Shown: in pieces, positions 50,401-64,000 of the stretch
Layout: every line of letters begins with the position of its first letter
Numbering within the stretch: position 1 is the first letter of the stretch
Origin: Azolla caroliniana
Lineage: Eukaryota > Plantae > Polypodiophyta
DNA length: 64,000 nt
Assembly: GCA_043228905.1 (NCBI GenBank)
Contig: JBHGNT010000011.1
Span: 17,856,001 to 17,920,000 of the forward strand
Reading direction: 5' to 3'
Notes under the pieces: generated by a model
Told to the model about the DNA's origin: nothing
Databases searched by the model: none
What the model saw: only the letters and a program-made list of their open reading frames with translations
Made by a program: the position numbers and the translations under genes

Positions 50401-53400
50401 GAGAAGATTTCGTCTAATCATACAAATGTTGAAGTTAGGCAGCATCTCCAAGACCACTGTGACTCTGAGAGTTATTTCCAAGGGAAGCAAGTCGGCAAAC
50501 ATGTGGTTGCATTAAAAGAAGCTTTGAAATGGGTGTTAATAAAGGTGCTTGAGAAATCGTTGGTATGTTTTTCTCATATTCTCATGTATCTTTCATGACA
50601 AGATATCTAAATATGATGTCATCTGTCTTTCATGACATGTGATGGTTCATGTACCTAGATGGTAGTAGTATTTTGCATGGATTTTGGTTTATGAATCTTC
50701 ACCCACCCTTAGCCATGGATGATGAGAGTGGGGATGCCATAACACCTGGTCAATGATGTAACTGTTTCACCAACTCCCATGGACTTATTTTTGAAGCTGT
50801 TTTGACCTTTTAAAGGTATATTTATCTAAAACAACAGGATTTTGGCAGGAAGCAAGTTATGACTCTGGGTCAGCTTTTAGAATTTCTCTAAGCTACAAGC
50901 ATTCAGAGTCATCAAACGAGCTTGATTGCCTGGGATGCTCTGTACCAACGAGTGGCAAAAGGAAACGTAATGGTATGCCTATTTGAACTGTTATGGAACT
51001 AGCAAGACTTGAGCTATGTCTGAATCAATAAATTGTAATTATTTACATTTTAGGGTCCAATGACGGAAATGGTGGATCGTCTGGACAGACGGAGTCCTTA
51101 GCAGCAATCCAACGATCTCTAGCATCCTTGTCACCAGGAGATCTTTCTGATATATATCCATGGCCACCTCCCAAGGTATGCCCGATCTTCAGATGAAATT
51201 ATAGCTCTTCATTGTTACTGAACTTTAAAGTGATGGCACTTCACTATGATATTTGGTATAGATGTATTTGGAATCCTCTTCATGTGTTTAGCTCTTATTA
51301 TTTTTTATTTACAGAGAAGTAAATACTGTGAACTTGGTGTAACTTGTAATCGTACATCTATATACATTGGAGGCAGGTATCTCAAGGTTGTATATCATAT
51401 GTGATGTTCTAATTGCATACGAGCTATCCTTCTTTGTCTTTTTTTTCTTTTGGTCATGAATCTTCTGAAATTACCATTGCCAATCTATTTGTTAGTTTTC
51501 GAGGAATTTGAGCCAAAGCCCTTGGATGGTCGATGATGAGCGCATGGGGGATGGTTCAGTACAAGTAAGTCCTCTTATATTATATTTCTTTGGCTGGTAA
51601 ATATCTACCTAATAGCACAATGGTTTGACTTTATTATAGGAGATAATTGCAGACGTGATCTTTCCTCACTTCAAAGCTGACTCCTACAAGTTTCATGCTG
51701 CTGGTAGAGAGGACATTGATGTGAGATGAAAATTTCTAGTAGACCCTATTTCAATTCTTCAATATTAAGATTAAAAATCATTGTTTACACCAATCATATG
51801 ACAGGAAAGGCTATTTCAGATTTCATACCTCCAGTATGTTGTAAACTGGATGAACCTGCATTATGTGCATGGAAGATGATGCCTAAAAAATACAGAGATT
51901 TATGCACTTATGCTGTGCTGGATGTGCTTTACTCAGGGTTGTGCACATTTAATCAGTGTTATGGATTCATTTCAATGATTATGCTGTGTTGGATGTGCTT
52001 TACTCAGGGTTGTGCACATTTAATCAGTGTTATGGATTCATTTCAATATTTGTTTACATGTTTATAGGCAGTTTTAACACTCTCTTTTGATGATTTCACC
52101 AGGTAAGAATGCTAGGAAACGGGAGGCCTTTTATTTTGGAGCTTTGTAATGCTCGCATTCTCTTAGCAAATAATGAAATTCAGAAACTTGAAGAATCCAT
52201 TAATGATTCCAAGGAGGGATGGGTAAATATTGCTACAAACTAGATAAAATGTTTTCTCTTTCAGTCTTCAGGTCAGGATTTAGACAATTATCTGTTTTTA
52301 ATGGTTATGGAAACATGCTGCATGGTTGGGCAATGCTGTTGAGTTGGCAGGTAAAAGTCAGGAACGTTCAGTTAGTTGGCAATGATGCTTGGATGATGAT
52401 GCTTGAAGGAGAATCGGAAAAACAGGTGCATATTTCTGCTTACTGAAATGCCTTTACATAGTTAAGCAATTACTGAATAAAATTTGCAATTATATTTAGA
52501 ATGAAAATTAGTATGAAAATCAATATTAGTATTAAGATGACCGACATAGTGATTTGTCATAAGACTATATTTTGTATGGCGGCTGCATCTCATGAATAAA
52601 CAGTTAGAAGGGCACTGACCTTATGGGAGAGATTGTAAACAAAAGATCCCCAGAAGGTGGGTATTCAAATTTCTTCCCTGCCACATACTATATAGCCCTT
52701 TGCATCATGTCATTTCCTAAGTTTAAATTGGCAACAGTTCAGTTTGAACCGAACGGAACCATGAAACCGGCTGAACGGTTTAAATGGTTCGGTTCAAGCC
52801 TTTATCAGTTTAACAGTTTTTGGTTTAAATGGTTTTACGGTTTAGGATTGACTCTCAATAATTTTCTTAAACATTTTTTGAACATTTTAAGCCTAAATTG
52901 ATATTTTAAGCAAAATCTTTAAATTTTGACAAATGAAAATTTGAAATGTTGAATTTTTAAAATTGAAATGTGAAAATTTGAGTTTTGACCTAATTTGAAA
53001 ACCAAAACCAAACCGTGAAACCGTGGTCTCAACGGTTGAATGGTTTAAAGATTTGAAAGTCTCTAAAACCGTTTGGTTTGAGGTCAATTTTTTTTGTAAC
53101 GGTTCAGTTTAAACGGTTTCATGGTTTGGTTCAGTTCAGTTTTAAACGGTTTGAGTTTGACACTCTTGAACCGAACCGAACCATTACCAATTGTTACCTA
53201 GGTTTGTGAAATATGAGGACAGCATAAACTTGCCATATGCTTGGTTAGTCCTATTCACACACATAATATATATTATATACATTTGTATGTGTTTGTAGAA
53301 AGAATACACGGCAGTGATATGGCTATCGAGGCTTGTGAAAGATTCAGAACTCAGTAACATCACGAGCATGAAGGAATTGGTATGTCTTTTGTCACCATGC

Positions 53401-54670
53401 AAAGAAAACTGGATACTGGATAGATATCTTTTTACATTCTTCATTGTTATTATTATTTATTTTATACAGAGAGATGTCAACACAAATTGTAAAATCTGAA
53501 GTGACTGCTATCAATTAATGGGAATTAAAAAACTGCTCTCACAGTAGGCATCCTGCAAAGTTTGATTCCCTCAAAAGCTGAAAATGTGGAATAGAAAAAT
53601 TGCCGATATTCCGTTGTCAGAAGTGTATCTTTTCTTTTTATATCTTTGTAAAGTTCTAATTGTTTCTCTTGATATTTGTGGAGCTGGGAATCAGCATATC
53701 ATCTAAATGCGTGCTCTATTTAAATTTTAGTGTCACTAGGATCTAACAATAGTGCAATAAGGGAAAGAATAAAATGAAGATTGTCCAAATTGATACAAAT
53801 GAAGAGTAGGCAATTGCATTACTTAATTAGGTAGTAGTTGATTTGCAACATACAGTGTTTGAAAGGGCATGTAGTGTAGAGTCTAATAGGACTTGTTTTT
53901 ACAGGAAATACAACAGAAAACACCTGTGAGGGTGCTGCACAGACGGAGTCCGTTAGTTCGACCTCGCATTATTTATTGGTAGGAAATGAGATGCGATTGT
54001 ATTTTGCTTCAGAAATGGTGTTTTAACTCATCTTAAATTGTCGAAACTAAAGAGAACTTGTTTAGTTAAACTAAAATTCCAAACTTACTGGAAACTAACT
54101 AATGCATATTATTACTTTGAAAAAGGATGCAGCTCAAAAGGATAGCTGGAACCGAGCAATACTTTTTGCTACAACTATGCACCCAGGTCAAATCTTGCAT
54201 GCAAAACTTATTAATTGAAACAAAACTTATTAATTGAGTCTAAATCATAATTCTATGCTTTACTCACAGGCTGGAACATATGTAAAGGAGTTTGTACATG
54301 GAGATTTGGGTCGGACATATCCCAAGTGAGTCGACTGATTTAGTGATTTGTTTGCGTGGTTTATATGTCACTGTTGAATGTTTTAAACATTTATTTGTTT
54401 GTGTTTGATTCAATGGTTTTGGAGAGCATTTTTTACAATCGTATATTCAGGACAACATCATTTTGTAAACTGCCTCCTTTTATTTTTGTTATGTAAAAAC
54501 AATTTGAAAGTTTTATTTGTTTTTTAAACCATTTATTTCTTGAGTCTTTTTGTTTTTTATTTTATTTAAAGAAGTTTTCCCTATTTCTCAGTGTTGGATC
54601 TCTCTTTGGATGCGAAGCTGAGATATTACAACTGGATGTGACCGACATTAAAATGGATCTTTTCCACTGA
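47481..54670 (+). CDS. PUS10: tRNA pseudouridine synthase Pus10, about 15 exons
   Basis: Exon 1 at 47481-47561 (MATEDSPL...MLSLG) splices to 49983 (VCPRCIFR, with a second CxxC in CVVCLG). Motifs: IGGRYLKFSRNLSQSPW, catalytic FHAAGREDIDVRMLGNGRPF, GESEKQKEY, QKTPVRVLHRRS, TQAGTYVKEFVHGDLGRT, ILQLDV. Stop at 54668-54670. Confidence 0.95.
51908..52047. repeat. Near-perfect two-copy tandem duplication (period 71 bp) in a PUS10 intron
   Basis: ttatgctgtg(c/t)tggatgtgctttactcagggttgtgcacatttaatcagtgttatggattcatttcaat occurs twice. Confidence 0.92.
52724..53196. mobile_element. hAT-type MITE, copy 2, in a PUS10 intron
   Basis: Ends TAAATTGGCAACAGTTCAGTTTGAACC...GAACCATTACCAATTGTTA, the same family as 23521-23890. 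8-bp TSD CCTAAGTT (52716-52723) / CCTAGGTT (53197-53204). Confidence 0.8.
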
Positions 54671-56440
54671 TAGTTTGACCATGACCAATAGAAGTATCAA
54701 CAACCATTTTGTACTGCTGTGTTAAGTAAAGTGTCATTTAATACATATCATTATGGAAATGATGATTTTTTCAAATTCAACCAGCAATAAACATTTATAT
54801 TGCAACATTATGTAGCCTGTCACTTCCATTACTGTTTTCTTCTAAAGATTCAAATGGAAGTTCATTTTTTATGGGTATATATAATATGCTATTTATTTTA
54901 TGAGAAATGAGGACTAGATTTTTTTTTTGCTTGGCATGTTACATGGATAGGTAAAAAATGGAAGAGATTTTTTTCATCCCAAAGGAGGCCAATTTGACCT
55001 ATGGAACCAAACGAACATATTGAAGATGATGTATGTGACCCTTCCGAAGAAGGGGCTTTACTACTTTCTAGTAAAGTAAAACTCTCTGGAAATATGCATG
55101 GATGTGCTCGCCCTAATTAGTGAAGATTTGGGTATGACACATTATAATGCTCCTGAAACAAGTCATAATTACATGTCTGAGCATGTGAATTACTGAGATT
55201 CATCCTCTAGGCTCATTGCATACCTGGTATATATCTTCGTATGTTGGTGATGATGCCATAATGCTCGACCTTAACATCAAACATGTGTCAGTGAGTTTGC
55301 AGAAATGTTAAGGCTCTTTGATTGCCAAGTTCATGCGGGTAATCAGACAATGTTGGCTAGGATTTTGCATTTTTGTCCTGTATTGGGGATAACATTGACG
55401 TTGCTCCAATTTTGACATTCTTAGCATCTTGCTGCTTCAATCTTTAGTGCTCTTAACAATCTTACCGCTGATGTTGACGTAAAGAGGATTTTCTCCCGTT
55501 CTTAAACTATTTATTATGTGAAGTGCCTAGCCTAATTAGATGGGAGGATTTTGTTACTATTAGGTTTTTGTACCTATTGTATGTGGCAAGCTTGTTGGCA
55601 TTTGTGATTGGGCATATCCTTGACTTTTGTAACATACTTGTATACTCTCTCCATGACTAGCACTTAATTCTAATAGCATGACAAGCTAGGGTTGAAGTGA
55701 TATGGGTATGCTTATGTGGAGCCACTATTAGAATGTGTTGTATGCCAACATAACACATCTTAGAAAATCAATATTTGCTCACATAAAGTAAGATATGGAC
55801 GGGGGAATATGGAAATCCCAACATCCCAAGATTTAAATAAAGGCCACAAAATACCCTCCTTTTAATGGTGTCTACTTTACCTTGAGGGTACTTAATTGAT
55901 GTTTCCATCTTAAGGAGGGGTATGTTACTGTTCCACAAAAAATCCATTCCACCAAATTGACCTCAGATAAACCAGAAAATCATTGCTCATAATCACCCTT
56001 GTTCATACTTGCTGTTTTACAAGACTATTAATCCCAAAGAACTTGCATTGCAAACCATGAGAATATCACTTGCTACAGTGATACTGTCGTTTTGTACTTC
56101 TAATAGTCAGAATATCACTTATTTGTATCCTGGATTGAGCTTAGCAAAGAAGCAAAGAAATTGTGAATACTGATGGACTTCTCAAATACAAAGAAATACA
56201 TATACTGCACCAAAAATGTGATGAATTATAATTTCTCTAGCCCAAGGTTCAAAAAAGTGTAGGAGGATTCCTCTGAATATATCGATTGCATGCATGATTA
56301 TTGCTGTAGATTTTTTTTGTTGATGTCAACCATATCATAGAAGGTAATGGATTTTCTCTTAAGTTTTTTTGGAGTTTTGTTAAAACTACTGAAGAAGTGA
56401 AGAATAAGTGAATATAAGCGCAATACTGCCATCTTTCTGT

Positions 56441-59400
56441 TCACAACTTTGATAGCTGAAAAGGCGTTAGGACTGAGTCCACCCATTTCTCAAACATCAT
56501 TGAAGACAAAAGAGGCTGATCTGCTGGAACCTGTTAGTAAAGTTTTGTAATGCTATTATTATGGGAGCCCTATAACATATGCACAAAATGTTCAATCACT
56601 CTTTCTTATGGATTTCAAGTCTTCAATGTATTATGACCACATTCAATCTAAATTCGTGTAATTTAAAATACTGAGCTGAAATTAAAACAAATCATCATTG
56701 GTAGTTTTAGCTGAAAGCAGAAAGTCTGAATGGTTATCTTCAAATGACAAGGTAATGGAGAACTCACAAAAGTTGTATGTAGTCAAAATAATTTCTCAAG
56801 AAAAAAAAAATGTATCATGAGAGCAATCATACATACATTAGACAAGCATTCGAAAGAACTAAGAAGATGCATTTAGGAGCAAATGAGTTATTGAAAATAA
56901 CTAATCTGAAAGACTCAAAAATTAAAAGAATTATACCATTACACATCACGCAATGTACATCCTCTTAGTTATTGGAATCAGTAATGATGGATTTGAGAAC
57001 CCATTGCAATTACTACATTTCTTGCATCAGTTACGATGTTATACATTACATAAAATCCTATTCTAGAACCTTAGCAGATTGAACCCCAGCAGTAAAAGGA
57101 AATACTTGTTTCGAGAGGTCTATACTATGTTAATGTTAAGTGCCATGGACACCCTTTTTATCTGACATTGAAAGTGTGTTCCTGAGTGTTATGGTTGATC
57201 AAGGATCAATATGCAAACAATTAAGCAATGAAGGAGAAGGATCGCTAGTTAGAGTTAGCTATTTATAGACTTACCTACAACTGGCAAGACATAAAAAACT
57301 ATATTCCAATTTCCATCTACAAAGAAAACACCTAAAGCCAAATTATCACAGAACAATCTTATTCCCTCCTAGCAACCAGTTCTCAAGAAATTAAATCTCT
57401 TCGCATAAAAAAACCAACTTTTTATGAAAATGTAGTTATTACCATTTAAAAAACAAGAGTCTGATAGATCGAAACAAAATACCTGATGCCCTGCCGAGAC
57501 AAATACAACATGAGCAAGATTGCTCAGACTCCTTACATAACCAGCCAATACTCCATTATGTTTCCATACTGATCTTTCAGATTCCCAGAATGCCTTAATG
57601 TGAAACCAATTCAAGGAACGCATCCAGTCTTCTGTGCCTGATGGACCATCCTTCACATCATACATTCCTTGGTAGAGTAAAATAGGTAATCCCTTCTCAA
57701 GAAGCACTTCAACAAGATCCTTTGTACTCTTCATGGTGTCCTAAAAGAGATTACATCATCAATGTAAAAATTCAAACATACCCATTTACTGTGTATATGT
57801 CAAAGAATGTGATATCAGAACATGGGAGAAGCAATTTGTGAGCTTAGACAGTTTTTTTCTTTTCTTCTTCTGTATTCTGGTTTTCTCCACGCAACAAACA
57901 AAAAATAGGCAAGAGGAGAAGCAAAAGGTAATAAAATAAAAACGCTCACCAAAAATCTAGGCTTAACAAAAAAGCTTATTAAATTTCAGTAGGCCACCTC
58001 ACTAAATAAACTATCTCAAGAACATACCTGTGCCATGATTGCACGAACACTTCTCCGACAGCTCACCCATGGAAAAGCATCACCATCGACATTCAATTGC
58101 CTTCTAATATCTGTTGAATTCAGGTACTTTGCCAAATAGTCGGAGCCATCCTTTTACAAGTTTCAGACAAAGATTTCAATTTCGGTTCAATAGCCATAAA
58201 CATTTGATTATGAACTATAAAATTACCTCTGAGTGATGATATCTACAAGAACGGCGAATATCAAGCATGGTTTTTATACCACTTGTTTGCTCAATCCATT
58301 TGCATAAAGCTGTTCTCTTCTCACAAGCTTCTTGCCATTCTCTCCTGAGAAGTGCACACCGAAAGCATTCATGTTTTCAGCTTTAAGTTTGTCCCCCAAA
58401 TAGATGTAAACAAGATTCTATTTACTCTTTCATGAAACTCCATTTCTGATCTCATATGCTTTCTGATAGCAAACCATGAAGAAATAAATGTCAACGAATC
58501 TCCAATGGTACAAGAACCATTGTATATGCATAAAACATCAGTACATTAACACATTTTTTCTACTCACCTTGTTACTAGCATGCCATTCAACTATTCAACT
58601 TTGGACAGTTCATTAATTGCTTGTGCAACTTTATAAACTCACAATTTTTTTTGATATGCTGATAAAATCAAATTATGATGAAAATTCCTGTTAAAGCAAC
58701 ACAGTTTGCAATAGCAATAAGATATCAAAGATACAACTGCTATATATGGCATTGAGGTTATCACCAATTAAGTGTTTGCAAAATACAGGGTTTATACTAT
58801 TAACTCTACAAAAGCTACATTCACATTTTTGTGAGCAACTGTAGACTCTCAACTATGAGCAATAGCATAAGTCCTCAATTAAGGTAACTATTTTAGGGCT
58901 TAAGTTACCTTATATTACCATTTGTATCCTAACAATGGACTGATAGGCTATAAAATAGTAGATTACGCATGCTAAGCAACATAGGCGAGATTTAGAGGAA
59001 CACTTATGCTTACTCCCACATGTCCTCATATAGGAAACAACTGGTTTTGCTTGTTGTGAGAACCTTGAACAACAATGGGAGAACTAGCCACAACCAACCT
59101 TATCATTGCTCTGCATTAAACATCACGACTGGAATGTAGGAAAGGCCCATCCCTTGTAGAGATAAAATAAGACTAGCAAAAATGATAAACTTTCAGGGAT
59201 TTAAAGGTAAGTACACAGATGTAGTTCTAAACAGAATAATAAGATGCTTCATTTGTTGCTAACCTTTTGACCAGATCAACTATATCTGTTGCCATCTGCT
59301 GAGCACGCACTGCTTGTTGTTGGTCTAATAAACCAAACGCATTTAGCACTCTTGCATGAGCCTGTACCTGGAAGTGTCAAAAATAAAAAGTTCACGACAG

Positions 59401-60635
59401 GTTTTTGAAATTAATCGCAGGGGAAAACCCCTGAAATACCCAAGTTTTTCTTTATTTCCCCAAATGCCTGTTCCTTATTTCCCCAAACAATCGTGTCAAC
59501 CCCACATAATAGATAAACGGGGTTGCCAGAGGAGATATATAAAACAAATGGATATCTCACAATTTCTCATAATATATTCATTCTTGAATATGAAGGATAC
59601 CTGGCTACATGGGTCTACCAAGCCATTTCCAATTGCAATGCCAACCAATTGCGACTTCAATGGACTTGGTTGACACATGATATGGTAAGCTAAGGAAGGA
59701 ATATATTTCCCAGCATAACTCTCTCCAGCCAAGAAAAGAGGACGTAACCGAAAGACAGGATTGCGTCGCACAAAATGACTAAGAGCATAATCCAAGTGTC
59801 TTGCAGCAGTTTCCTGATCCTTTGGCACATCATCATCTGTTGAGGATAAGCTGAATCCTGTCCCAACAGGATTATCCACGAAGAGCAGACCACATCTAAC
59901 AAAAGAAACTACTAGACCTTAGAATAAAATGTTAGGTTGCAGGTGTGTGAAAAACTAGCTCTCAAAAAAATCAAAATAAACAGTGAACAATCAATACAGG
60001 ACAATGAAATCCGAATCAAAATCAAATTTGAAAAACAAAATCAGAAAATAAAAAAGAAAAAGAAAATTGATATAAAGCTGAATCCTGTCCCAACACAAAT
60101 ATCCACAAAGAGCAGATCGCATTTGATAAAAGTAACTACTAGACCTTAGAATAAATCATTAGATTGCAGGTGTTTGAAAAACAAGCCCTCACAAAAAGTG
60201 AATGTGAAAATTGGAGAAAAGAAAATTTGAAAAACGAAATTGGGGGGAAAAAAAATGGAAGTGAAAATGAAAAATGATTAATCACCTGTGATTCCAAGTT
60301 TCCTGATTGAGCTGAACTGAACCATTCTCAAGTATCCACCATGGTCCCACCTCATAAAAACAACCAATTAAACTTGAGCATCCTGGACCTCCATTCAACC
60401 AAAGAAGCCATGGAGTGTCTTCCAGAGGCAGAGTTGAACGTGTTGCTTCATAGAATATGTAGAACAATTTTGATTTATTTGAAGAAGCACTGATAGGCAG
60501 ATAGCCAGATTTTGTAGGCAAAGCTTCTTTTGGTAGACCTTGGCCTCCTGCACATGACCCCTTTATGATTTTTAATTTCCTACCCTGCGCAAATAATAAT
60601 AATGCGTATAAATATAGAGCCAGCACAATATGCTT
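56441..60635 (-). CDS. Serine carboxypeptidase-like protein (peptidase S10, SCPL50/CPVL-like); start exon uncertain, candidate 62228-62181
   Basis: Exons ~60635-60286, 59895-59601, 59367-59264, 58344-58227, 58150-58028, 57740-57483, 56530-56441. Motifs: LPKEALPTKSGYL, WLNGGPGCSS, VDNPVGTGFS, catalytic GESYAG, IAIGNG, YQGMYDVKDG (Asp) and AGHQVPADQP (His). A hydrophobic KHIVLALYLYALLLFAQ segment lies at the 5' end, with no in-frame ATG in that exon. Confidence 0.9.
60074..60197 (-). repeat. Degenerate duplicate of an SCPL intron/exon boundary inside the preceding intron
   Basis: aagctgaatcctgtcccaaca...atccac.aagagcaga...aactactagaccttagaataaa...ttgcaggtgt.tgaaaaac matches 59848-59968. The acceptor AG is mutated to AA in the copy. 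Confidence 0.85.
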
Positions 60636-63600
60636 CTATCACTAACCCCTTAAATCCTAAGAATACTTAAAAGTATTTACGTGAAACTGTAACACTAGAT
60701 TTACTACCTCCCTTAAATCTAACATTTCGAAATATACCCGGCATAGAATAATAAGGACAATGGGAAATTTAAATGCTTGTCATGACATGCTGGAACAGTA
60801 TCTCCTTAATAGAATATATTTCGTTTTCCTATTGGCTTCTGTTGTGTATGAAAGCTAGAAAAAGATAGTGGTGAAAGCCTAAATGGATACCAAAGTTTCC
60901 AAGAAGGACAAAATCAAGTTGCCTTTGAGTAACTAGTCATAGTTCCTAGAAACGACTTGTCTCATTTGTTATCAAGGAAATTGACATCACGAAAAAAAAC
61001 AGGAGAAAATATCTGAAATACCAATGGATTTTTTCTCTATTTTCCGAAGGCCCTTACGTTTTCAGTATTCCCTGATATGCTCCGTCAGCCCCCAAAAAAC
61101 AGAAAAAGATGATATATCACATATATTTGAGAACAGAGAATGATTTGACAATACAACCACCCAAATTGAACATATAATTGCTCGAATGGGTATCGAACAA
61201 GGGTTGGTAAATAACATAGCATTAGGGGAGTTGAGTAAATAAAGAGAAATAATGGAGCATTGCAGAATTTTCCCCAAAAAGCAACTACATACTTCACGAA
61301 ACAATACAATTGTGAACCCAAGATAAGCTGACGGAGCAATTCAAGGTATTAGAATCAGCCAAGGAGAATAGTGAATAGCAAAATGGAAATTTCCAAATGT
61401 ACTGGAACAAAACCGTTTAATACTATGAAAAATAAACTGGAAATGTTTGAATTTTTGTTTTCAATAATAGTTTAAAGATTGACATCTTAGTTATATCTCC
61501 TACTCTCTAAATATTACCGACATTAAGAAAAAGATGAATTTCAAGGAAACTTCTGAAATTTCGGCACTTTGGACATTCTAGGAGTCCATACACATGTTCA
61601 CACTCTCACTACATATATCCATATACAATGTATGCATGTATGTGTACAACATGCAATATGTTGATTATAAGTATTTGAATATTCCATAAACACACACATA
61701 CATATAGATAGATAGATAGATAGATAGATATCTGAAAAATATATCACGTCTCAGATGTATATACATACCTATATTATGCAAAAACACACACATGTCATGT
61801 TTTATAGGTTTAATTATTGGGACAAACACCAAAATACCCCTAACTCTAAGAATGGAACCGAAAACCATAAAGCAAATCAAGGCATTTGAACTAATCCAAC
61901 ATTCATGCAATTCCTTTTTACTATTTCTTTTACAGATTCCATCTATTCTTTGAAGCTATATATCTACGATTAAATTTTCTAATGAAAAGTTGGACAACAT
62001 TGAAACAAATTAGCGGTGCATATGTAATTCAATAATTTCATTCATAGAGTGAAACAAGATCTATCAAAGAAAAACTATTTTTTGATATAAGATTGATTTG
62101 ATTTGATTTCATGGTCGGCAAATAAAAATGTACACGGGGAAAAACTAAAAACCAATCGCAGATATTACAAAAGAACACACCGAGATTTTCCTTGGAGAGG
62201 TATCTGAATTAGGCTCAAGGCCAACCATAGCATCAGTGCGCCTTTGCTGCCTTTCTCTAGGGAGGGAGAAGAAGGAATGGATTTTTCTTAGAAATAAAAA
62301 GAAAGAAGAAAAACCTTGTCACCGCTGCATCTTTCCATGGTGATTTCTTTAATTATCCAGAATGCCCCCCCTGCCTTTCTCGATCTCTCAACGTTTTCTT
62401 TAATTTCAAAAATGCCATCTATTCTATATCTGGCCGTTGGCTTGGTGGTTTATACCCAAATTCAATCCTTGCCATGGGCTCTTAAGTGTTGCCAAATCGT
62501 GGACAAACTCATACAATACTCAATCAATCCACCATCCCATACAATCACGAGACAATCCCCCCCCCCCCCCCCCCTTTATGGAAGTGGAGTAACAATTTTG
62601 AACGTTAGTTATAGCCATTTTTGTCTAAGAACTAAATAAAGCCAAGGGAATGACAATTGGGGGAAAATGACTATCCTTTTCATCTTGGAGTTGATGTTAT
62701 TATTATATATGTTATCCACACCTCGAGTTTGGCATGTTCTTTGGGGGCGGAGGGGATTTCTTCGGATTCCAACACGAGGTGGTTCTCATGTTAGTGTTGT
62801 TTCCATGGGGACGTTTTAATGCTATATACAATATGAATGTCATCTCCTTCGTTTTAGTGTTTGATGTTATAAATTAGAGGTAACCACCCTCTTTTGATTC
62901 AATATGATAGAGATTTGTCGCCTTTGGCTGTGGACATGATGTTTTTCTTATATGATAGGAGATCTCCTTTAGTTTGGATGGAACTTTTTCCTTTTTCTTG
63001 TACATGGCGTACCATAAGACCTTTCTTTCTTTTTGCATTGTTACAATGTTACGTACTCAAAAGATAATTTGCTACCCAATATAATCTGATAATTTCAGGA
63101 AATCGTTTCCTGAAATTAAAGTATTTGGAGACACTACTCAATGGGGTATGAAAATTATAAATAAAACATTTTGAGATTTCTGTTTTATTGTTGTGAGGTT
63201 CCAATAAGACATATATATACCACCTCCTGTTTGGATATATACAAACATGGGGGAAATGCATGTGAGATAAACAGAACATGGTAGAGAAAGAATCATTTTG
63301 TATATATATGTATGCATGTATACAGTGGCATCTTATGCAACATGCCCACTGAAATGTGTTTGGATAATTGTCATCCACTGGATCCATATGAAGCTGCAAT
63401 TTGCTAACTATGGATGCGTGGGTTTGTGGATAATAAATAGGCTTTATTTCTGCTTTCTTTGGGCAAGAGTTGATAAATATTCGGTAAATATAGACTCATA
63501 TCCAGGCAATTTGCCAAAACCTGCATCCAGGCAAAACAAAAAGCATTGGATTTCCAACCAAATAATCATTTTTTTACTTAACAATATCCACCAAGGAATT

Positions 63601-64000
63601 CCAAATATATGCTTTGCTTATTTGCCAAAAATGACTAGATTTGCTTAACCAAAATTAAGGATTTTTTAACCACATGATTTTTATATTGAATACATCAATT
63701 ACGGAAATTCACGTGGATGTGGCACAACGTATTAGTTTATAAGCTCCCTTAATAAATGTAGCACAGCTTTTCATTTAGATTAATGATTGATTGAACTCCT
63801 TCCCAATTCTTCAAGTTAGTGCAAGCCAGTGCAATTTCCAATCAGAAGCGTGATTAACAAAGTAAACTTCTAACTTTTGCGACAGCTATTAGTATTTCGA
63901 TGCCGTTATTGGCAAGATTCACGTCTTAATTGTTGCTTAAGATATAATTATGTGTTTAGTCTTAGTTTATCATGTGATACCAAGCATATATAGGTAATTT

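Overview
This is eukaryotic land-plant nuclear DNA: AT-rich, with GT-AG introns, microsatellites and TTTAGGG telomeric motifs. It is probably from a seed-free plant, but the species cannot be determined from the sequence. I can reconstruct six intact multi-exon genes by hand. (1) A BPP-family basic proline/serine-rich microtubule-associated protein (-, 220-3959). (2) Mediator subunit MED15 (-, 6960-16010), with a KIX domain, a 60-Gln tract and an unusual triplicated C-terminal motif. (3) A SURNod19-family secreted protein (+, 31552-33151). (4) A NACK-type kinesin-7 (+, 39561-44420). (5) tRNA pseudouridine synthase PUS10 (+, 47481-54670). (6) A serine carboxypeptidase-like protein (-, 56441-60635, first exon uncertain). 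The main structural feature is a tandem duplication of the head-to-head MED15/SURNod19 block (copy A ~14154-25342, copy B ~25354-32168), with exactly two telomeric repeats (TTTAGGG)2 at its junction. Both parent genes remain intact. Between them lie two convergent 5' fragments: a disrupted SURNod19 fragment and an open, splice-intact KIX-only MED15 mini-gene. The window also holds older MED15 relics, two hAT-type MITEs with 8-bp target-site duplications, a tRNA-Ser-like pseudogene, a solo-LTR-like segment and several tandem repeats. SURNod19 carries a His/Met pattern resembling PHM/DBH copper monooxygenases. All identity estimates are by eye, and no database searches were run.
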